Source: Escherichia phage fBC-Eco01
DNA: 43,466 bases
Sequence record: OM272052.1
Direction: 5' to 3' (one strand)
Shown: piece after piece, positions 1-7,692 of the stretch
How positions within the stretch are numbered: the stretch's first letter is position 1
Layout: the number at the start of each line of letters is the position of its first letter
Made by a program: the position numbers and the translations under genes
Notes under the pieces: generated by a model
What the model saw: the letters and a program-made list of their open reading frames with translations, nothing else
Told to the model about the DNA's origin: nothing
The model's database searches: none

Positions 1-65
1 CCCTTTAGACGCGTAGGGCGCGTCTGGTGCGCTCTGATGGTCAGACGCATATGCAAGGGGATTCT

Positions 66-611
66 ATGAAGCTGAAACTCAAGCAGCCATCACCAGAGGT
101 GGTGCAAGCTGCACATGAAGAAGCTGTTAGCGCAAACCGTCGCCGTAAACGACCGCGCGGTAAACAGAGCCTTTATCAATCATCCCGTAATTCCGCCGCG
201 TTGTGGGACCCGGACTATTGCGACGAATTGATTCGTTTCTTCGACCGCACGTCGTGGGAGCTTGTGCCTACCTCCAAAGGCGACGAACGCCCGCTGATTC
301 AGGACAAACCGCCGTCACTGGCCCGCTTTGCCTTACGCATCGGCGTCACTATCCCGATTATTAAGCTGTGGCTGCGCGAGATTCCCGCATTCGCAGAAGC
401 ATGGGAGACAGCGCAGGCATTGGAAGAGGCATACTTCACTGAGACAGGGGCCGCAGGTATCTCTGCTACGTTTGCCGCTGCGAAACTTGGCCTTGGCAAA
501 GAGAAACCAGTTGAATCCGCCGAAGAAACGGCACCGACTGAGATTATTTTCAGTGTTGCGGAGCCTGTAGGTAAAATTGTAACAACGAACATGGGTGAGG
601 TAGAGGAATGA
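66..611 (+). CDS. terminase small subunit (putative)
   Basis: ORF directly upstream of and ATGA-overlapping the large terminase; basic stretch RRRKRPRGK; RBS AAGGGGA about 5 nt before ATG 66 (in-frame GTG 27 is an alternative start). Confidence 0.55.
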   Translation: MKLKLKQPSPEVVQAAHEEAVSANRRRKRPRGKQSLYQSSRNSAALWDPDYCDELIRFFDRTSWELVPTSKGDERPLIQDKPPSLARFALRIGVTIPIIKLWLREIPAFAEAWETAQALEEAYFTETGAAGISATFAAAKLGLGKEKPVESAEETAPTEIIFSVAEPVGKIVTTNMGEVEE

Positions 612-1858
612 GTATTCAGCTATCCGCGCCGCAGGCACTGTTCCTGAATTGTGACAACAAATACAAGGCCTACGTAGGCGGCTTCGGTAGTGGCAAGACG
701 TTTGTCGGCTGCCTTGACCTGCTTACGTTTATGCTCAAGCACCCTGGTACGCGCCTGGGCTACTTTGGGCCGACGTACCCAGCTATACGCGACATCTTCT
801 ACCCAACATTTGAAGAAGCGGCTAACCTCCTCGGCCTCGATGTTCTGGTTAAATCTGGAGACAAAGAAGTCGTGGTTACTCGCGGTAAAACGGTGCTCGG
901 TACGGTTATCTGCCGTTCGATGGATAACCCTGGCTCGATAGTTGGCTTCAAAATCGCAGCGGCGGTCGTGGATGAACTGGACGTATTGAGCCGTGAGAAA
1001 GCTGAGCTGGCGTGGAACAAAATCGTCGCCCGTATGCGTCTGGTTATCCCTGGTGTAACCAACCACATCTCCGTCACCACGACGCCGGAAGGGTTCAAGT
1101 TCGTCTACGCCAAGTTCAAAGAGAACCCGACACCGAGTTACTCAATGGTGCAGGCTTCCACCCACGAGAACGCGCGATTTCTGCCGCCTGACTACATTAG
1201 CTCGCTGACCGAGACTTACCCAGCGCAACTGATTAACGCGTACCTGAATGGGGAGTTCGTTAACCTGACATCCGGCAGCGTCTACTACGCCTACGACCGA
1301 CGTAAGCATCGCAGCAAAGAGACAATCCAACCGGGCGACACGCTGTACATCGGGCAGGACTTCAACGTTACGAAGAACGCCAGCGCCGTGTATGTGCAGC
1401 GTAAAGACGGCTGGCACGCGGTGGCAGAACTGAAAGGCCTGTTCGATACGCCGGACACCGTGCGTGTAATTACGGAGAAGTGGAAGTCACAAGGCCACCG
1501 CATCGTCGTTTACCCCGACGCCAGCGGCAAGAACCGCAAAACCAACTCAGCGTCAATCTCTGATATTGCATTACTCCAGCAGGCCGGTTTCGATGTTCGC
1601 GCTAAATCCGCCAACCCCCCGGTTAAAGACCGCGTTTTAGCGGTGAATACCGCGCTGGAAAAAGGTAAGCTGTGGGTTAACGACCACTTATGCCCTGAGA
1701 TAGCGAAGACGCTGGAGCAGCAGGCTTACGACGATAACGGGGAGCCATCCAAAGACGGCATCATCGACCATATGGCGGATGCTCTCGGCTATCCTGTAGT
1801 TTACGAGATGCCGGTGGTTAAACCAGTAATCAACATCCCGGTGACTTTCGCACTTTAA
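608..1858 (+). CDS. terminase large subunit
   Basis: 416 aa; Walker A-like GGFGSGKT near N-terminus; acidic nuclease-type C-terminal half; sits between small terminase and portal. Confidence 0.8.
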   Translation: MSIQLSAPQALFLNCDNKYKAYVGGFGSGKTFVGCLDLLTFMLKHPGTRLGYFGPTYPAIRDIFYPTFEEAANLLGLDVLVKSGDKEVVVTRGKTVLGTVICRSMDNPGSIVGFKIAAAVVDELDVLSREKAELAWNKIVARMRLVIPGVTNHISVTTTPEGFKFVYAKFKENPTPSYSMVQASTHENARFLPPDYISSLTETYPAQLINAYLNGEFVNLTSGSVYYAYDRRKHRSKETIQPGDTLYIGQDFNVTKNASAVYVQRKDGWHAVAELKGLFDTPDTVRVITEKWKSQGHRIVVYPDASGKNRKTNSASISDIALLQQAGFDVRAKSANPPVKDRVLAVNTALEKGKLWVNDHLCPEIAKTLEQQAYDDNGEPSKDGIIDHMADALGYPVVYEMPVVKPVINIPVTFAL

Positions 1859-1870
1859 GAGGATTATTCA

Positions 1871-3340
1871 ATGTTAACTATGAACGGTCAGAATCAGGGT
1901 GTTAAGACAAAACACCGGGAATGGCTGCATCACTTCGATAAATGGCAGAAGGTACGCCACGCGCTGGAAGGCGACCTTATTCGCTATCTGCGCAACGTCG
2001 GGAAGAACGAACCTGACCCGGTCTACGCAGCCCAGCGCCAGGAAGAATACGAGAACGGCGCTATCTGCTACAACTTCACCAAACGTACCCTTGCCGGGAT
2101 GGTTGGGTCGGTGATGCGCAAGGACCCAGAGCAGATTATTCCGCCTGAACTGGAGTACCTGTTACGCAATGCCGATGGTTCTGGTGTCGGGCTGTGGCAG
2201 CACGCGCAGGATACGTTAATGGAGATTGACTCGGTGGGTCGTGGTGGGTTGCTGGTGGACGCGCCGGAGACAGCCGCGGCAACAGCAGCAGAACAGAACG
2301 CCGGATTATTAAACCCTGTCATCGCATTCTACACCGCAGAGAACATCATCAACTGGCGACTGACCCGAGTCGGTTCAGTTAACCGTGTGACAATGGTTGT
2401 ATTGCGTGAGGTATGGGAATACACAGAACCCGGTGCAGAGTTCGAAACAAAGTTCGGCGAGCAATACCGCGTTCTCGATTTGATTGACGGGCGCTACCGT
2501 CAGCGCATTTACCGCTTCGACGCCGAAGGTGGCGCACAGGATGAAGTAATCGAGATATTCCCGGAACTAGGCGAACAGTTACGCGGTAAAATCCCGTTCA
2601 CGTTCATCGGAGCGAGCAACAATGACGCTACTATCGATGATGCACCATTGCTGCCGTTGGCCGAGCTTAATATCGGGCATTTCCGCAACAGCGCAGACAA
2701 TGAAGAGTCCAGCTTCGTTGTAGGCCAGCCCACTCTGTTCATCGCCCCTGGCGGGAATATGAGCATGGAGCAATGGAAAGAAGCCAACCCTCACGGCGTG
2801 CGCATGGGGTCGCGTTCTGGCCACAACATTGGCGAAGGTGGCAATGCGTTTCTGGTTCAGGCTGGGGAGAACAACCTCGCCAAGCAGAACATGCTGGATA
2901 AAGAGAATCAGGCCATCCAGATTGGCGCACAGCTTATCACCCAGACGCAGCAAATCACCGCTGAATCGGCACGCCTGCAACGCGGTGCGGATACGTCAGT
3001 TATGGCAACAATCGCACGTAACGTAAGTATGGCGTATACCGATGCGTTGCGCTGGGTGGCGGCGATGCTAGGGCTGCGTGAAGGCACAGAGATTGAGTTC
3101 AAGCTAAACATGGAATTCTTCCTGCAACCGATGACCGCTCAGGACCGTGCACAGTGGATGGCAGACATTAACGCCGGTTTGCTGCCAGTAACTGCTTACT
3201 ACGCTGCGTTACGCAAGGCGGGTGTAACCGACTGGACTGACGAAGACATCCAGAACGCTATTGAGGATGCACCACTGCCGTTGGGCGCTGCTGCTCAGGT
3301 AACGGGGGAGATTCCTCAGTCGGCGCAGCAACAGGAGTAA
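1871..3340 (+). CDS. portal protein
   Basis: 489 aa ORF immediately after terminase with RBS AAGAGGA; size and position typical of portal; followed by hairpin terminator. Confidence 0.75.
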   Translation: MLTMNGQNQGVKTKHREWLHHFDKWQKVRHALEGDLIRYLRNVGKNEPDPVYAAQRQEEYENGAICYNFTKRTLAGMVGSVMRKDPEQIIPPELEYLLRNADGSGVGLWQHAQDTLMEIDSVGRGGLLVDAPETAAATAAEQNAGLLNPVIAFYTAENIINWRLTRVGSVNRVTMVVLREVWEYTEPGAEFETKFGEQYRVLDLIDGRYRQRIYRFDAEGGAQDEVIEIFPELGEQLRGKIPFTFIGASNNDATIDDAPLLPLAELNIGHFRNSADNEESSFVVGQPTLFIAPGGNMSMEQWKEANPHGVRMGSRSGHNIGEGGNAFLVQAGENNLAKQNMLDKENQAIQIGAQLITQTQQITAESARLQRGADTSVMATIARNVSMAYTDALRWVAAMLGLREGTEIEFKLNMEFFLQPMTAQDRAQWMADINAGLLPVTAYYAALRKAGVTDWTDEDIQNAIEDAPLPLGAAAQVTGEIPQSAQQQE

Positions 3341-3346
3341 AGAAAA

Positions 3347-3376
3347 AGGCCCCACTACGGGGCCTTAGTTTTATTT
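3347..3376. terminator. bidirectional intrinsic terminator
   Basis: GGCCCC-ACTAC-GGGGCC hairpin flanked by A-run upstream and T-run downstream; lies between convergent portal and antisense gene. Confidence 0.6.
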
Positions 3377-3892
3377 AAATCTTGCAGGCATTAACACCAT
3401 AAAGGCCGTGTTTGAAAATTGTATTTTGCATCCTCTGGTTTGGTCCTGGAAATCGAAACGAGCAATTTCATTTTTGTATGCCTTAGAAATCTTGTACGCG
3501 TCTGCCAAATAGCGCAGAGTGAACCCTATACTATCGACAACACCCGGTGTGATGTGCGCCACGCGTCTCCAGTCAGGAAAGTTTCCTTCTACAACATCTA
3601 CCGGAAGTGTACATATAAGCGCACGATTATCGTCATAGAAAGATACACTGCCGTTGTCGTGGTTTACCTCCGCGTAGTTAAATTTAGAAGGCTCTCTCCC
3701 TTTGATGTCTATGAGAGTCCCTTTCTCAACGTTGGTCTTCACATTGTCGCAGAACAATCTATGACCGTCCGTAGACACTATCAATCCTTCAGGGTCTATG
3801 TAAAAAGCGTTCAAATAGTAGCGAACATCATTTTTAGCCCTGCATATTTTCGCCCCTACATACGCAGGGAAAGTAATTACTGTAGTAACCAT
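3371..3892 (-). CDS. hypothetical protein (antisense accessory gene, moron)
   Basis: 173 aa ORF on opposite strand to flanking head genes; RBS AGGAGA 6 nt upstream of ATG; own promoter copy and terminator; no family recognised. Confidence 0.6.
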   Translation of the reverse strand: MVTTVITFPAYVGAKICRAKNDVRYYLNAFYIDPEGLIVSTDGHRLFCDNVKTNVEKGTLIDIKGREPSKFNYAEVNHDNGSVSFYDDNRALICTLPVDVVEGNFPDWRRVAHITPGVVDSIGFTLRYLADAYKISKAYKNEIARFDFQDQTRGCKIQFSNTAFMVLMPARFK

Positions 3893-3919
3893 TTTGCGTC
3901 TCCTGTTTAAGTTAACTGA

Positions 3920-3948
3920 ATAGTACCCTATTATATTGGTGTCTGCAA
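3920..3948 (-). promoter_or_regulatory. conserved promoter element copy A (TTGCAG-N17-TACTAT, minus-directed)
   Basis: minus-strand reading TTGCAGACACCAATATAATAGGGTACTATTCAG; matches copies at 6064, 15132, 37795. Confidence 0.45.
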
Positions 3949-3992
3949 ATATTATTTTTATACGTTACACTGGCGGTACTATAGGAGGGCAT

Positions 3993-5036
3993 ATGAGCTT
4001 ACTTACATCTCTAATCAGTCACCAGATATGGCTGCAACGCGCCGCATCCGGTGAAGTGAAAGACCTTACGCCGTTTCTTCAGGAGATGCGGGACGAAATC
4101 AAACGGCAGGTGCTGTTATTCGGCGATGACGGGCGAAGCACCGCGCGACTGAATAAATTGTTACGTGACCTCGAAGAAGCACTAATGGGACTTACAGGCG
4201 ACTGGCAAACAAAGCTGACAGAAGACCTTAAGGAACTGGCGGCGTATGAGGCTGAGTGGAACGTAAAAACGCTGACCACCAACGTAAACGCGGAATTTGT
4301 TACACCTACCGCTGAGCAGGTATGGGCCGCCGCCGAGTTTCAACCGCTCTCATTAAGCGACAAGCCGGTTGATTTCACTAAGCTGATGTCGGGATGGGGT
4401 GAAACCGAAGTAGCACGTCTCGTAACCGGCGTTAAGATGGGCTTTGTGCAAGGTCAGACAACACGGCAGATTGTTAAGAATGTTGTTGGCGCTGGTGGGC
4501 TGGCGGACATATCCGAGCGTAACGCAGCTACGGTAATCCGCACCGCGCTGTCTCACGTATCCAACGAAGCCCGCAACGAGACGTACCGACAGAACGACGA
4601 CATCATCGAGAAGTACGAGTGGGTGTCAACGCTAGACAGCCGTACCAGTACGATTTGTAGGGCCAGAGACGGAATGACGTGGGAAATCGGTAAGGGGCCG
4701 ATGCCCCCGGCCCATTTTGGGTGCCGAAGTACCACGGCACCTGTAATCAGTTCAGAGTTCGACTTCCTCGATAAAGGTGCAAAACGTGCGGCTAAGGGCG
4801 CGGACGGAGGTACTCAGGTAAGCGCAGACACCACTTACTACGAGTTCCTGAAACAACAACCGGCGTGGTTCGTGGACGAAGCACTCGGGCCGACCCGCGG
4901 TAAGATTTTCCGCAACAGCGGTATATCGCCGGAAGAGTTTCGCGTAATATCTGTAGATGGTTTCGGGCGTCCGCTTACTATTAAAGAGATGGCGGAACTC
5001 GATAAACGTGTTGCTGATTATCTGAAAGGGGAATAA
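3993..5036 (+). CDS. head morphogenesis protein (phage Mu F / SPP1 gp7-like minor capsid protein)
   Basis: RBS AGGAGGG before ATG 3993; C-terminal motif TICRARDG...HFGCRS typical of the Mu F family. Confidence 0.8.
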   Translation: MSLLTSLISHQIWLQRAASGEVKDLTPFLQEMRDEIKRQVLLFGDDGRSTARLNKLLRDLEEALMGLTGDWQTKLTEDLKELAAYEAEWNVKTLTTNVNAEFVTPTAEQVWAAAEFQPLSLSDKPVDFTKLMSGWGETEVARLVTGVKMGFVQGQTTRQIVKNVVGAGGLADISERNAATVIRTALSHVSNEARNETYRQNDDIIEKYEWVSTLDSRTSTICRARDGMTWEIGKGPMPPAHFGCRSTTAPVISSEFDFLDKGAKRAAKGADGGTQVSADTTYYEFLKQQPAWFVDEALGPTRGKIFRNSGISPEEFRVISVDGFGRPLTIKEMAELDKRVADYLKGE

Positions 5037-5497
5037 TGATGGGCTTTTTCAAAGTAACCGATGTACCGTCGCGTCGCGTAGTCCAGTACGCCCGCGTGTC
5101 AGGCTCCGGCGAGAACGTGACCTACGTTGAAGATGAAAGTGTACTGGGTACACCTGTAGACGAGATGCCGTATGCAGATAAAACCGGTATTGCGCTACCG
5201 GCGGCGGGGATGCTTTACGAGATTCCGTATCTGGCAGACGCTGGTGACGTGTATTTCTCTGTGCAACCGAAAGACACCGAGCTGGTCGACGGTAGCGCCA
5301 CCATCACCGTCGAAGTTAAGGCAGGTAAAGCGCCGTATGTACTGACCTGGTACAAAGACGGGAAGGAAGTGGTGAACGCCCCGGAAGAGGCTCTGTCTCT
5401 GACTGTTAATGCGGCTGGTGAATACTTCGTTAAAGTTACTGATGCTGATGGGGTAGAGGCGGTAAGCAAGGCGGCGAAGGTTACTAAGCCAGAATGA
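5036..5497 (+). CDS. hypothetical protein, possible Ig-like capsid decoration protein
   Basis: 153 aa, start overlaps upstream stop; beta-rich C-terminal segment resembling Ig-like domains; followed by terminator. Confidence 0.5.
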   Translation: MMGFFKVTDVPSRRVVQYARVSGSGENVTYVEDESVLGTPVDEMPYADKTGIALPAAGMLYEIPYLADAGDVYFSVQPKDTELVDGSATITVEVKAGKAPYVLTWYKDGKEVVNAPEEALSLTVNAAGEYFVKVTDADGVEAVSKAAKVTKPE

Positions 5498-5501
5498 TAA
5501 A

Positions 5502-5528
5502 AGGCCCCGTTAAGGGGCTTTATTTTTA
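5502..5528 (+). terminator. intrinsic terminator
   Basis: GGCCCC-GTTAA-GGGGC hairpin followed by TTTATTTTTAT. Confidence 0.5.
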
Positions 5529-5593
5529 TATGAACATCGCGGTGATAACCGCAGCCGATACCCACAAAACAACATAAAACATCACACTATTTG

Positions 5594-5938
5594 TCATTTG
5601 CATTTCTCGTCGTATGTTTGTTGTAACTGCGACAGACGATTACCGGCTGTCATCTCGTCCATAGAAGGCCCAGCGCCTGTGTCCATAAAGAACAGCGGAA
5701 CAAACAGGAATGCGCCTGTAACACCGAGTACAACGTTAGTACCTATTTGCTTATTAACACGGTGCGTAGCGTTGGCTTGAGCTTGTTTTGTCGTGGCGAT
5801 TCTCGATAGTAACTGATTACATGTTGCCGTTGTATCCCCTGCCTGATAAACCTGTAAAGCTGGGTCTGGCAACGACCTTACGCAACCACTCAAACAAACG
5901 GCTACAACACCTGCTACTGCTAATTTAATATATTTCAT
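5594..5938 (-). CDS. putative lipoprotein (accessory)
   Basis: 114 aa; N-terminal signal with lipobox LSGC (MKYIKLAVAGVVAVCLSGC); hydrophobic segment near C-terminus; antisense to head genes. Confidence 0.6.
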   Translation of the reverse strand: MKYIKLAVAGVVAVCLSGCVRSLPDPALQVYQAGDTTATCNQLLSRIATTKQAQANATHRVNKQIGTNVVLGVTGAFLFVPLFFMDTGAGPSMDEMTAGNRLSQLQQTYDEKCK

Positions 5939-6036
5939 AGTTCGCCATTACCCGTGTCAATGTCACCAATACCACTACAAGCCCAAAGAAACATCACCGC
6001 ATCAACTGCAATTACTACTGAAATAACGACTAACAT
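5935..6036 (-). CDS. small hydrophobic peptide (33 aa), translationally coupled to lipoprotein
   Basis: ATG preceded by strong RBS GAGGAGG at 5 nt; stop TGA overlaps lipoprotein ATG (ATGA); sequence MLVVISVVIAVDAVMFLWACSG... Confidence 0.4.
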   Translation of the reverse strand: MLVVISVVIAVDAVMFLWACSGIGDIDTGNGEL

Positions 6037-6063
6037 GACGGCCTCCTCGGTTCGATAGAATGA

Positions 6064-6092
6064 ATAGTACCCTATTATATTGGGGTGCGCAA
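6064..6092 (-). promoter_or_regulatory. conserved promoter element copy B (TTGCGC-N17-TACTAT, minus-directed)
   Basis: minus-strand reading TTGCGCACCCCAATATAATAGGGTACTATTCA about 27 nt upstream of the small peptide ATG. Confidence 0.5.
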
Positions 6093-6134
6093 ACTATTTG
6101 TTTATGTATTCCAGTTATTCCACTCAATTGTAAA

Positions 6135-6163
6135 TGTTGGAATAAACTATTCGAATAGTTGAC
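6135..6163 (+). repeat. TGTTGGAATAA-N-TATTC-TTGAC motif copy 1 (candidate late promoter/activator site)
   Basis: TGTTGGAATAAACTATTCGAATAGTTGAC; a second copy at 6917-6940 precedes the scaffold gene. Confidence 0.3.
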
Positions 6164-6187
6164 TTTTCACCAAAAATGTGCTAAGCT
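6159..6187 (+). promoter_or_regulatory. candidate sigma70-type promoter (TTGACT-N17-TAAGCT)
   Basis: -35 TTGACT, 17-nt spacer, weak -10 TAAGCT; upstream of terminator-bounded leader and spanin genes. Confidence 0.3.
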
Positions 6188-6193
6188 CCACCT

Positions 6194-6394
6194 GAGCTTG
6201 TGAAGTATGAACAAGCGACCGCGGCGTGGCAGGTAACGGAGCCGGACGTTAAGTCCGAGTGTAGTTACGCTGACGCGTTCGGAAGGGCCATACTCTATTG
6301 CTTGTGTAAAAAGTAACTGGTTTACTGAGATTACGCCGTTTCTATGTTTAAATGATAAGGACTAGCGCCCCGCTTTAAGGCGGGGCTTTACTTA
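6194..6394 (+). ncRNA. candidate ~200-nt non-coding leader/sRNA ending in terminator
   Basis: no ORF longer than about 10 codons between the candidate promoter and the GCCCCGC-TTTAAG-GCGGGGC hairpin; followed by spanin RBS. Confidence 0.25.
6367..6394 (+). terminator. intrinsic terminator / attenuator upstream of spanins
   Basis: 7-bp GC-rich stem GCCCCGC/GCGGGGC followed by TTTACTTA. Confidence 0.5.
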
Positions 6395-6410
6395 TCGAGA
6401 AAGGGGAAAC

Positions 6411-6797
6411 ATGAATCTTAAAGCAACTGTCGTAGCCGGAGCATGTTTCGTCGTCCTAGCCTACGCACACGGCATCTATCAATACCGCAGCGGCTGGGGT
6501 GAAGGCCGTGCTAATCTCGTTTCGCAGCAACAGCAGAAAGCACAGGCTGAGCTGACGAAGAAAACACAACGGCAGCAGCAGGATGAATCAAAGGCCGCAA
6601 CCGCCGACAACGAAGGCAAGACGAAATCAGAGGTGATTACCCGTGAAGTCGTTAAGTACATTAAAACGCCTGGCCGCAGCGTGTGCACTTTCGATGATGC
6701 TCGCGTCCTGCTCAAGTCCCGCGCCGTCGCCAATGCCAATTCCATCCCCGGATACGACGATGATGCAGCCGCCGTGCAAACTGGCGCCACCAAGTAG
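6411..6797 (+). CDS. i-spanin (Rz-like)
   Basis: 128 aa; N-terminal transmembrane segment, Q/K/E-rich coiled-coil region, C-terminal Cys; contains embedded lipoprotein ORF in another frame. Confidence 0.55.
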   Translation: MNLKATVVAGACFVVLAYAHGIYQYRSGWGEGRANLVSQQQQKAQAELTKKTQRQQQDESKAATADNEGKTKSEVITREVVKYIKTPGRSVCTFDDARVLLKSRAVANANSIPGYDDDAAAVQTGATK

Positions 6798-6906
6798 CGA
6801 CGCCGATGGGGATTTAGCTATCGACGTTCAGAACGCCGAATGTGCACGGCAACTGAGACTGAAAGTGTTCATGTTGCAGGATTACGTGAGGAATATTCTG
6901 GAATAG
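6643..6906 (+). CDS. o-spanin (Rz1-like lipoprotein, overlapped with i-spanin)
   Basis: GTG start; signal peptide with lipobox LASC followed by Pro-rich region; starts inside and runs past the i-spanin ORF. Confidence 0.55.
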   Translation: MKSLSTLKRLAAACALSMMLASCSSPAPSPMPIPSPDTTMMQPPCKLAPPSSDADGDLAIDVQNAECARQLRLKVFMLQDYVRNILE

Positions 6907-6916
6907 TTGCCTTGCA

Positions 6917-6940
6917 TGTTGGAATAATTTATTCTTGACA
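6917..6940 (+). repeat. TGTTGGAATAA-N-TATTC-TTGAC motif copy 2
   Basis: TGTTGGAATAATTTATTCTTGACA upstream of scaffold gene. Confidence 0.3.
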
Positions 6941-6988
6941 TGTAAATCCGGGTGGCCCGGGTTCCAACGTCCAGGGGACATACTGACT

Positions 6989-7690
6989 ATGAATCGTTTT
7001 TTACGTTATCCGTTCCAGGAAGAAGCTGGGGCAGAAGATAAAGCTGGCGGCGGTGACGTGCCGAAAATGTTCACCGCTGAAGAAGTTCAGGCGCTGATTG
7101 AGAAAGAAGTTGCCGGGCTTAAGGCCAATCAGGAAGCATTGCTGGCGGAGAAGAAAGAAGCCGCTCGCAAAGCAAAAGAGGCCGAAGAAGAACGGCAGCG
7201 TGCACACCAGGAGGCGTTAAAAGCCGCTGGTAAGATGGACGAGTTCGAAAAAACGATTCGTAGCCAGTATGACCCGGTGTTAGCCGAGAAAGATGGTCGC
7301 ATCTCCAGAATGGCAGAGCGCATCCTCGGCAGCGAACGTAAAGCAGTGTTAGGCTCTTTCGCAGGTGACTTCATCACCCCGGAAGCAGTAGACATCCTTG
7401 CGCCGTTCGTTAAGACTGAGTTCGAAGGCGATGACGTGGTTACTAAGTTTGTTGGTGCAGACGGCAACGTAATCACAACTGACCCGGAACAGTTCCGCAA
7501 GTACCTGCGCGAACACAAAGCGTTTTCGCATTTGATTAAAGCAAATGCAGCTTCCGGCGGCGGGGCTTCCGGTGGCAAAGGCGGCGGGGCCGCACCAGCG
7601 TTTAAAGACATGAGTGAAGCGGAGCGTTTAGCTCTGTATAAATCGAACCCTGCCGAATTTGAACGGCAACTTAAAGCCCTGAGGAAATAA
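6989..7690 (+). CDS. scaffolding protein (putative)
   Basis: ATG 6989 chosen in the 6935..7690 frame; charged, alanine- and lysine-rich coiled-coil composition; immediately upstream of major capsid gene. Confidence 0.55.
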   Translation: MNRFLRYPFQEEAGAEDKAGGGDVPKMFTAEEVQALIEKEVAGLKANQEALLAEKKEAARKAKEAEEERQRAHQEALKAAGKMDEFEKTIRSQYDPVLAEKDGRISRMAERILGSERKAVLGSFAGDFITPEAVDILAPFVKTEFEGDDVVTKFVGADGNVITTDPEQFRKYLREHKAFSHLIKANAASGGGASGGKGGGAAPAFKDMSEAERLALYKSNPAEFERQLKALRK

Positions 7691-7692
7691 TA

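Noticed and set aside
3371-3892. 2H phosphoesterase (Acb1-like) assignment for the 173-aa moron protein
   Set aside because: Only one H-x-T motif (AHITPG) is present; 2H enzymes need two, so the assignment is unsupported.
6270-6295. tRNA-like T-loop (GCGTTCGGAAGGGCC) in the spanin leader
   Set aside because: Flanking bases do not form a T-stem, and no acceptor, D or anticodon arms could be built; not a tRNA.
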